Of a DNA stretch of 64,000 nucleotides, positions 20,356-27,779 are shown piece by piece. The notes beneath the pieces were generated by a model, which was not told the DNA's origin, did not search any database, and saw nothing but the letters and a program-made list of their open reading frames with translations. Made by a program: the position numbers and the translations under genes. The stretch's first letter is position 1, and each line of letters opens with the position of its first letter. The DNA comes from Candidatus Daviesbacteria bacterium (GTDB lineage: Bacteria; Patescibacteriota; Microgenomatia; Daviesbacterales; UBA10151), in assembly GCA_016187025.1 (NCBI GenBank), contig JACPKM010000004.1, positions 228,887 to 292,886 of the forward strand. Reading direction: 5' to 3'.

Positions 20356-20379
20356 AAAAAACCCCCTATTGCTAGGGGG
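20356..20379 (-). terminator. Intrinsic terminator
   Basis: Minus strand CCCCCTA-GCAA-TAGGGGG followed by TTTTTT. Confidence 0.8.
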
Positions 20380-20445
20380 AGCAGCCTAGTCCTTCGATTT
20401 CTCTCAGAACAGCTCACCTGTACGATTAGTCTTCGGCTGAACTTT
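20356..20445 (-). ncRNA. Candidate ~90-nt structured RNA convergent on the DUF3800 gene
   Basis: Bounded by a near-consensus promoter and an intrinsic terminator; CAGCC/GGCTG closing stem, ACAG/CTGT hairpin; no credible ORF within. Confidence 0.6.
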
Positions 20446-20451
20446 AAATAA

Positions 20452-20480
20452 ATCCTACCACAAAACTTTATCTTTGTCAA
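20452..20480 (-). promoter_or_regulatory. Sigma70 promoter for the candidate ncRNA
   Basis: Minus strand TTGACA-17 nt-TAGGAT with extended -10 TG. Confidence 0.7.
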
Positions 20481-20498
20481 AAAAAACATTCTTTTGTG

Positions 20499-20720
20499 TT
20501 AAGCGAAGTTTAAATTTCTAATTGACCAAATTTCGCCCTGTAAGGTCACTTTTTCACCTACTTTAGCACCTAAAGCACTAGATACATTGGAAAAATCATC
20601 ATACCTAAAAGGAAAATGATAAATCAAATCCTCAATAGTGTTTAAACTAAAGAAGCTTAGTTTATAGGCAAGGAATGATCCGATACCTGAGATTTGAATT
20701 AGAGTAGTTTTGAGATCCAT
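20499..20720 (-). pseudogene. Truncated duplicate of the recG 5' end (contains repeat copy 2, 20515-20624)
   Basis: MDLKTTLIQISGIG...EDLIYHFPFRYDDFSNVSSAL.AKVGEKVTLQGEIWSIRN matches RecG N-terminus, then stops. Confidence 0.9.
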
Positions 20721-20756
20721 GAAGATGTATTTTACTACTATTATCTTAATAGACTA

Positions 20757-22688
20757 TCAGGTGTTCTTGACTTTTTTGAAGTCAAAAGCTAGTTTCTTAC
20801 CTTGAGTAATCTGAAAACCAGATACTTCCCATCCAGGAGTTTTTTCTGTGAGCTTTTCTTTAATAATTCTATTTAAATTGGCAACATAACCTTCTATCTC
20901 TCCCCTTTTTAATTCAGCAATTCCTAAGTTTCCTACATGATGATTTTTAACACTTACTCCTCCTGAAGAATCATTTACAAGTTCAACATCAAATGTCGTA
21001 TCTACATTTACAGTTCCAAAAAAGGTTTTTTTCTCTGCATGGACTCCAGCAGAAATAGCCAGTCCTCCTTCAGGCGTAAACTGGTATTGAGGATTTAAGA
21101 TGCGACCATTTGCTGGAAGTGGTAACGTTTTAACATAATCTACAAGTCTGTCAACTCCTGCAACAATTCTTTGTCTTTCAGATCTACTTCCTCTTAATGT
21201 TTCGTTTAATTGATCTATCAGAGATACTCCTGGTTTAGGAGTAATTTCTGTGGTATGTACTTGTGGAACAGCAGGTTTTTCGCTCTTAGTTGGTGGAAAA
21301 GATGGACCCTTGTTTTCTGATATTACAGGTTTTGGTTGTAGATTATTGCTTGGCCTCAATATTACTGCGGGAGATAAGGTTAGTCCGTAGTATCTAATTA
21401 TATCCTGAACGGATTTATATACAGCTCGACCAATACTTGGATCAACAATTTGCACTTCTAAGTTTCCATCACTTGTTCTTCTTACTCTACGTCCAGGTAA
21501 TATAAAGCCTATTCGTCCTGTTTCAACACCTCTTGGACCAATAGTACAGTCATTAATAGGTAAAATTGCTACTGCTCCTTCTTCAACGTTTTGAAGTATA
21601 TCTGCAAGGGAGTTTGTTTCTCTAAATCTTATCTCAGGTGCTTGTAAAGATAATGCGGAAAGTAACTCCTTTATACTTCCACCTCTTTGATGCTCCGTAG
21701 CATATCTACTACCTCCAAGTGCTGCGATCAAAGCACCTTCAGCATGTCTAGAGTGATTAAACCCTTCTCCTAGAAGATGTCTTATAGCATTTTCAGCTGA
21801 AGCAAACACAGAGCTGTCCATTCCAAAAGGATCTGCCTGCGTTCTAATATTTCGTACAGGTTGAGGTTCACGTAAATGCATTAATCTTGGATATCTTTGC
21901 CTGACATCCTTCTCAGCTTCGCGAAACCTCATGAGAGTTTTATCATCAAAATTAAATCCTCTTTCTCTTGCTTCATTCCCCATCCTTGCAAGTTCATTTT
22001 CTAGAACCCTATCAAGTACCCTCCCTGAGTTTGGTGATCCAGAAGGAGTTTTAGTGTCTTTTTTTCCTTCTTTTTGTAATATTCTGGCTTGTTTTAGATA
22101 TACCCACTGTGAACCATAAATTACTGTGGCTGCCTCATCTATTGACTTTGCATATTCTGACTTTACTTTTTCTCTATCTTGAGGTTTATTAGCCTGCTCA
22201 ATTGTCTTTAAAAATCTTTGTGACATTTTTTCAAATTCTAAAGCTGTAGGATAATCTCTTGCTACTCTGTATATATCTCTTGGTACCAGCTGATTTTCTT
22301 GAGTAATATCTCCTCTTCTGGTGGCAAATGAGACCACTCTTCTTAAATGTCTATGGTCTGCATCTTCTCCTTTGAATCTATCAAATACAGCCACTGGATT
22401 TTCTCTATCAGATTGAGCATCAACAGGAGTGGGAATAACAGCTAACAGTTGTCTTAAATCTTTATCACCTATACTACCTGATACCAGTCCTTGATGGTAC
22501 TTATCTTTCTCATCAGTAGTTACATCTACTTTATCCAAAAGTACCAATCTTGGATTTCCTCTGACAATTGAGGCTACTATTTTATTTTGACGTCTAATAT
22601 TAGGGATAGGTTCTTGTTGGGCAACCATTAATGAAGCTGATATTTCAGATGAGTGTTCTGTACTTGCCATAATTATGTATTTTAACAT
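20757..22688 (-). CDS. Modular protein: N-terminal shared domain X, degenerate C39-peptidase-like region, C-terminal beta-rich domain
   Basis: PNIRRQNKIVA...IYGSQWVYLKQARILQKEG shared with two neighbours; SSVFASAENA...GRIGFI...IVDPSIG resembles the C39 fold. Confidence 0.8.
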   Translation of the reverse strand: MLKYIIMASTEHSSEISASLMVAQQEPIPNIRRQNKIVASIVRGNPRLVLLDKVDVTTDEKDKYHQGLVSGSIGDKDLRQLLAVIPTPVDAQSDRENPVAVFDRFKGEDADHRHLRRVVSFATRRGDITQENQLVPRDIYRVARDYPTALEFEKMSQRFLKTIEQANKPQDREKVKSEYAKSIDEAATVIYGSQWVYLKQARILQKEGKKDTKTPSGSPNSGRVLDRVLENELARMGNEARERGFNFDDKTLMRFREAEKDVRQRYPRLMHLREPQPVRNIRTQADPFGMDSSVFASAENAIRHLLGEGFNHSRHAEGALIAALGGSRYATEHQRGGSIKELLSALSLQAPEIRFRETNSLADILQNVEEGAVAILPINDCTIGPRGVETGRIGFILPGRRVRRTSDGNLEVQIVDPSIGRAVYKSVQDIIRYYGLTLSPAVILRPSNNLQPKPVISENKGPSFPPTKSEKPAVPQVHTTEITPKPGVSLIDQLNETLRGSRSERQRIVAGVDRLVDYVKTLPLPANGRILNPQYQFTPEGGLAISAGVHAEKKTFFGTVNVDTTFDVELVNDSSGGVSVKNHHVGNLGIAELKRGEIEGYVANLNRIIKEKLTEKTPGWEVSGFQITQGKKLAFDFKKVKNT

Positions 22689-22779
22689 AAATTATAGGAT
22701 AGATCTATCTAGTTAAGAACAAAACCTAACCAATATCAAACCTATAACACTTGACAAAAGGGCATTCATATTCAAGCTC

Positions 22780-24234
22780 CTACTGAATTGAAGAGGTGAC
22801 TGTAGTAGATGGTTCGCCCCTACCCAGTAATTTGTTTTTGACTAATTTTCTAATGGATTGCCAATATTTGTTTACTCTATCAGAAGTATAAGGATCTCCT
22901 CCATCTGGAATGAGCATATGTTGAGGTAGAAATCCGTTTTGAGCTTCATCTCGAATACTTTCTACCTGCATCCCTCTTACATGCTGGAAATTTACAATAT
23001 TATGTGCTCTGTTTACACCTCCGTCCCCCCAATAAGGGTCATGTATGATTATTTCTTTTTGAGGATCTGCTTCTGGTATTGTTGTATCGACATTACTTCT
23101 ATTAAGAAGTAGCTCTTTGGCAAGCCCTAAACCTGAAAGGCCAATAGTGAACAGATTTCCTAAATTTCCCATACCTACAGATAAAAGATTTCTATCAAAA
23201 TCCGGTTGCATCATTCCTTGATCAATTTCTGTTTGCATAAGGTCATAGAGTTCTTTTACAAAAAAGTAATTCTCCTTCACCTTTGATTGAAGCTTTTTTA
23301 ACAAAGCCTTAACCAGGACATTTTTACGATAACTTCTTTCGTCCTGTTTACCATCGGGGTTTTCATCCTCCGCCAGAATAAACCTCATTGCTGTTAAAGT
23401 ATCCATCTGCTGAGGACCGGCTTTAATAAGTTTTGGACCATATTCTTGACCACCTAGTTTAAAGGGTCCAGTTAGGTGATCTTTTTGCACCTGCACATCT
23501 AAAGGACCAACTTTATCCAAGAGATCTCTGATTACTGTATCTTTTATAACCATCTGGTAATCTATTGCCAAACCTGTGGCTTCTTCCACAACTTCTCGAA
23601 CTTGATCAAACTTTCCTTCACGATAAACATGACGCATATACATAGTTTGCACTCTTCCATCACTTTGTCTTTTTTCTAAATTCGGTGTTCTTATATCGCG
23701 GCTTAAAGATACTGACCTGATTTTTCCAGTTTTCAAATCATAAGAGATGACTGTAGGTGATCCACCATAGTTTGCATAACTTTCTCCATGCTCTTCCCAA
23801 TATACCCATAAAACTGCATTAACTGTGTTGTCGCTAAGTTCCTTATCAACCCTTTTACTATATTCCGGATCGTTTCTTTCTCTTTCTGCTCTTTTGCGGT
23901 ATGCCTGTTCAACAAAAGGTTTTAGGAGTTCATTAGTAAGTTTTACTTCTTTAACTGGTGGTTTAGTTGGTTCAGCAGTAGCGGTTGGAGGTAGTGGGGG
24001 TTGATCTCCTTTTGAAGGTATATTTGTAGGGGGAAAATGCTGATTTGATTCTACTCGAGGAGTTCGCAATAATCCTGGAACTAGTAAAGAGGCGAAACCC
24101 GCAGCGACAGCAGCACCACCACCCAATAAAAATCTTCTCCTGGAAGCATCCGGAGGGATAGCTCCAGATTCACCGAGTCTTATGAAATTAACTTTTCCTC
24201 CTAAAATTGGATCTATTTCAGATATTGGTTCCAT
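22780..24234 (-). CDS. LytR-CpsA-Psr (LCP) family protein, divergent, with twin-arginine-like anchor
   Basis: SRRRFLLGG plus TM, Pro-rich linker, SVSLSRDI, EEATGLAIDY, LLDKVGPLDV, D.RSYRK. Confidence 0.8.
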   Translation of the reverse strand: MEPISEIDPILGGKVNFIRLGESGAIPPDASRRRFLLGGGAAVAAGFASLLVPGLLRTPRVESNQHFPPTNIPSKGDQPPLPPTATAEPTKPPVKEVKLTNELLKPFVEQAYRKRAERERNDPEYSKRVDKELSDNTVNAVLWVYWEEHGESYANYGGSPTVISYDLKTGKIRSVSLSRDIRTPNLEKRQSDGRVQTMYMRHVYREGKFDQVREVVEEATGLAIDYQMVIKDTVIRDLLDKVGPLDVQVQKDHLTGPFKLGGQEYGPKLIKAGPQQMDTLTAMRFILAEDENPDGKQDERSYRKNVLVKALLKKLQSKVKENYFFVKELYDLMQTEIDQGMMQPDFDRNLLSVGMGNLGNLFTIGLSGLGLAKELLLNRSNVDTTIPEADPQKEIIIHDPYWGDGGVNRAHNIVNFQHVRGMQVESIRDEAQNGFLPQHMLIPDGGDPYTSDRVNKYWQSIRKLVKNKLLGRGEPSTTVTSSIQ

Positions 24235-24236
24235 AA

Positions 24237-25565
24237 TTATCTTAATTTAGGTAATCTTATACCTAAGAATTTAGATCTTGCCGGTTTTGGCGATAAATCT
24301 AAAAGAATCTTTGCGCAGTAGCTTAAAGCTAATAATTTACCATTTATCTCAGGTGTTGGAGCATAGCCCCTCCTACCTACATTTTGTGTATATTCATAGA
24401 TATCTTTATAAACTTCTCTGTCAGCAAAAGGCTTGGTCCTGGGATGCTGCATCCTGGAATTAATATGGTTAACAATTAAGTTTGCAAGACTCGCCTTTTG
24501 GCTTATTGTAAGAGTAGTATCTCTAAGAAAGGTTGAAGACAAATGTTGATAGACTCTACGAACCAGATCTGATGATAAATTAGTTAAATTTCTGGCAACA
24601 TTGGGCCAATCTGAGGCCAGGCCTTGAAAAATAAAGGTTAACTCTGGATTGGAAAGAGCTGTAAAATTTCTTCTATTTTCTTCTGTGTCGAAAAATAATG
24701 GCCTGGAAAAATAAAGTCCTAATTTTACCCGAAGCAATGAACGTTGTTCTGGTGTTAGACTCATAGTTTGAGTTGTGTGATCCACAAGCGATTCAATCAT
24801 GGAAGCTACAGTTGTAGCTTCTGCAGGTTGAAGGTCGGGAACCGGGTTTATATTTACTATGTCTGCTTCAGCGGGTTTTAAGACTATCTCGACATCTGGT
24901 GCTGCAACAACTTTTACCTTGGCTGCTTCAGTGTCTTTCCTTCCTTCTTTTTGTAATATTCTAGCTTGTTTGAGATAAGTCCATTGGCCGGCATAAATAG
25001 CTTGTCCGATAGTATCAAGTGTACCGATATACTCTAGCCTAACTTTTTCTCTATCTTCTGGCCTGTTTGCTTCTGAAACAGCTTTTAGTACTTGTGGAAT
25101 TACTTGTTCAAAATCTAAAGCAGTAGGTAGTTTTTCAGTTACGGCATAAAGATCTGATGCTTTGATTTGGTCTTGTGGAGTGATGCTTCCTCTGGTAATA
25201 AAGGCTACCGCTCTTCTCATGTGTCGTTGTTGGAAACCATCTCCCTCAAATCTTGCAAACAAATGTACTGGATTTCTACTATCTGGTGCAGCTTGAACAG
25301 CTGTCGGTAATATGGATACAGCTTTTTTAAAGTCTATTGCAGCTATAGTTCCTTCTCTAATACCTTTGGCAAAGTTTGCTCTTTCATAATCGCTTATTGG
25401 TACTACATCAGGTAATAGTAAACGGGGATTGCCGCGCAATACAGCTGCAATTATTTTATCTTGTCTTCTTGGATTAGGCTCTAGTCTTTCAGGGGGTAAT
25501 AAAGTTATTGAAGAGCTATCAGTTCCTAAAGGATTAGATGAATTACTTTCTGCTGCCTCTGCCAT
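24237..25565 (-). CDS. Modular protein: N-terminal shared domain X plus unknown helical C-terminal domain
   Basis: PNPRRQDKIIAAVLRGNPRL...IYAGQWTYLKQARILQKEG. Confidence 0.85.
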   Translation of the reverse strand: MAEAAESNSSNPLGTDSSSITLLPPERLEPNPRRQDKIIAAVLRGNPRLLLPDVVPISDYERANFAKGIREGTIAAIDFKKAVSILPTAVQAAPDSRNPVHLFARFEGDGFQQRHMRRAVAFITRGSITPQDQIKASDLYAVTEKLPTALDFEQVIPQVLKAVSEANRPEDREKVRLEYIGTLDTIGQAIYAGQWTYLKQARILQKEGRKDTEAAKVKVVAAPDVEIVLKPAEADIVNINPVPDLQPAEATTVASMIESLVDHTTQTMSLTPEQRSLLRVKLGLYFSRPLFFDTEENRRNFTALSNPELTFIFQGLASDWPNVARNLTNLSSDLVRRVYQHLSSTFLRDTTLTISQKASLANLIVNHINSRMQHPRTKPFADREVYKDIYEYTQNVGRRGYAPTPEINGKLLALSYCAKILLDLSPKPARSKFLGIRLPKLR

Positions 25566-25734
25566 ACTTTAATATTATTATCTGGAGAGTGAAAAATACA
25601 ACAATTATCTTTTCAAAGCTCGTATATTAAGTATAATTGCTCTTGTTACTAGATCAGGTTTCTGATTGGTACCCTCAGTAGCTTTTTGAGTGTGTCTTCC
25701 TTGCTTTTTCATTCTCCACTCAGGATAGTGTTGA

Positions 25735-27741
25735 TTATTTTCCTTGTCGCATTTGTTGCTCTAATATTCTGGCTTGTTTGAGATAGACCCATTGTGAGCC
25801 ATAAATTGTCATACCAACCTTATCTAAAACACTAACATACTCTAATCTAATCCTCTCTCTATCTTCTCGTTTATTTGCTTGCTCAACTGCAAGTAATAGC
25901 GTTGGTATTGTTTGCTCAAAATTAAGGGCAGTTGGAAACCGTTTTGCAAAAAAAGCAAGATCTGCAGCGGTTATTTGATCATGAGAGGTAAGATTACCTT
26001 TTGTCACATAAGAAACAATTCTACGCATCCTCCGAGCATCATCCGTAGCTTCCTTAAATTTAGCGAACAGACTTACTGGGCTTTCTGGATCTTTTTCATA
26101 TGCTAAAGAAGTTCGAATAACTTTAATCATATTTAAATACTGTGTTGATCCAATAACACCATCACGAACTCCCTTTTGGAAGAGTGCTCGCTCTGCTTCT
26201 GAAACGACAACTTTATCAACCAACACAAGACGATGATCTCCCCTTACAATCGCTGCAATTATTTTATCTTGTCTTCTTGGATCCGGAGAAGTATTTAGCT
26301 CAACTTGTGATTGTTCAGATGGCTTTTGTCTTACTTGGGATTCCCCTGTTTTGGTAGAGGATGGTAATTGGGGGCCTTGATTCCATGAGTCCATATAAAC
26401 GGTTGCCATATTAGTTTCGCCCCTTTTTATTGACTCTTGCATTCTTCTAGATCTTTCTATAAATCTGCTCATGTCTGTAATTACTATCCGGCTTCCGTGG
26501 ATATCTTTAGGGTCTCCTATGATTGTATATTGAATACCAACCATTTCTAGGTGAGTTCTATAAAACCAAGAATTCTTGCCCAAATGTTCTCCTTCCTCGT
26601 AGCCATTAATCACTTTATTTAATATTTGAGTTATTTCCGCTTTAAGTTGCTCTACCTTTGCTGGATTAGAATAATCAAACATGGGGAACTGATTTACATC
26701 TAAAGCCCTCATCTTAGCTTCTGCAGATGTATCACCAAATGGAATCTGTCTTCCTTGGCCTTCTAAATAGCTGCTTAATCCCCGCCTATTATTTGTGATT
26801 AATACTGTTCCATCACCGGCATATCCGAGTGTTCCTTTTGCTTTTCTTAGTGATCGTATTGTTTTCCCAGTCCATTCTTGTTCTCCTGTTTTTAGCGCAG
26901 AAGGGTAACCTCCAATCGCAGAGTAAATCGATGACTTCATTACAGAGTTTGCCCCAAATAAGTTTACATTTCCATTAATAAAACCACGTTTATCAAGCAG
27001 ATTGACAAATTCTGTTTTAGCATGAACAGCTGGAAATCTGGTAAAGGATTGAGGATCAAATAAAAGGTTTCCAACAGCACCTTCTTTATCAGGATGTTCT
27101 CTAAAATATTTTAAATATTCTTCTAGGTATTGTGGATTTAAGCCCTCACAATCAGCATCGTTACTCAGTAGTAATATATCCTTATAAACTCCCGCATTTT
27201 CTGTTCTTATTAGTGCAAGATCAGTTTGAATTTTTCTAATATTCCCAATCTTTACCTGCTCGTCTGGTAAGGTTGCTGCCACTAAGCGAATATTTAACCT
27301 AGGGAAAGTTTTTCCAGCACGTTTCACTTCTACAACAGTGGCTTTGTATGCGTCTTTTTTACTCTGCATTTGGGATTCAGGAGCGTTCACAAAAACGATT
27401 AACTCAAATTTTTTTGAGTCTAGTGTTTGTTCAGAGTAAAGTTTTAATGTCTTAAATATATTCCTTGCTTCTTGTATACCAGCAACCGGTATACAAACTA
27501 CGGCTTCTGTTTCAGGACGCATGCTTTTACCAATTTGACTATCTAGTCTTTTCAGTTGTGCTAAGTATTTTGGATCCTGTCTTTGTAGGTAACTTCTTCT
27601 TTCTGTGACCGGGTCTAATTTAGCATTTGGATTTTGTAATAATGTCGGAGAGGCAGCTACTCGATCAACTAAACTTACTTGTCTTAAGGTAAATGGGTTA
27701 TCAGGTGTGGATATGATATCTGCTGTTGGATCTTGGTCCAT
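25735..27741 (-). CDS. GT2-like glycosyltransferase with C-terminal shared domain X
   Basis: VVCIPVAG, FELIVFVN, IGNIRK, LSNDAD (DxD), GANS...YSAIGGY; C-terminus PDPRRQDKIIAA...IYGSQWVYLKQARIL. Confidence 0.85.
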   Translation of the reverse strand: MDQDPTADIISTPDNPFTLRQVSLVDRVAASPTLLQNPNAKLDPVTERRSYLQRQDPKYLAQLKRLDSQIGKSMRPETEAVVCIPVAGIQEARNIFKTLKLYSEQTLDSKKFELIVFVNAPESQMQSKKDAYKATVVEVKRAGKTFPRLNIRLVAATLPDEQVKIGNIRKIQTDLALIRTENAGVYKDILLLSNDADCEGLNPQYLEEYLKYFREHPDKEGAVGNLLFDPQSFTRFPAVHAKTEFVNLLDKRGFINGNVNLFGANSVMKSSIYSAIGGYPSALKTGEQEWTGKTIRSLRKAKGTLGYAGDGTVLITNNRRGLSSYLEGQGRQIPFGDTSAEAKMRALDVNQFPMFDYSNPAKVEQLKAEITQILNKVINGYEEGEHLGKNSWFYRTHLEMVGIQYTIIGDPKDIHGSRIVITDMSRFIERSRRMQESIKRGETNMATVYMDSWNQGPQLPSSTKTGESQVRQKPSEQSQVELNTSPDPRRQDKIIAAIVRGDHRLVLVDKVVVSEAERALFQKGVRDGVIGSTQYLNMIKVIRTSLAYEKDPESPVSLFAKFKEATDDARRMRRIVSYVTKGNLTSHDQITAADLAFFAKRFPTALNFEQTIPTLLLAVEQANKREDRERIRLEYVSVLDKVGMTIYGSQWVYLKQARILEQQMRQGK

Positions 27742-27779
27742 ATTTAAATAATTACTTGATTAGTTTGAGCTTGCATTGT

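Noticed and set aside
20289-20489. 66-aa minus-strand ORF
   Set aside because: TTG start without SD; spans a promoter, a terminator and the DUF3800 3' end, so probably a shadow of the ncRNA unit
22675-22710. TTATGTTAAA on the minus strand resembling a XerD arm of dif
   Set aside because: No XerC-like arm at 6-nt spacing; better explained as an extended -10 (TGtTAAAAT) for the 643-aa gene
25605-25712. 35-aa minus-strand ORF between the GT-X and X genes (possible immunity peptide)
   Set aside because: SD spacing is poor and the sequence has no recognisable features; unsupported
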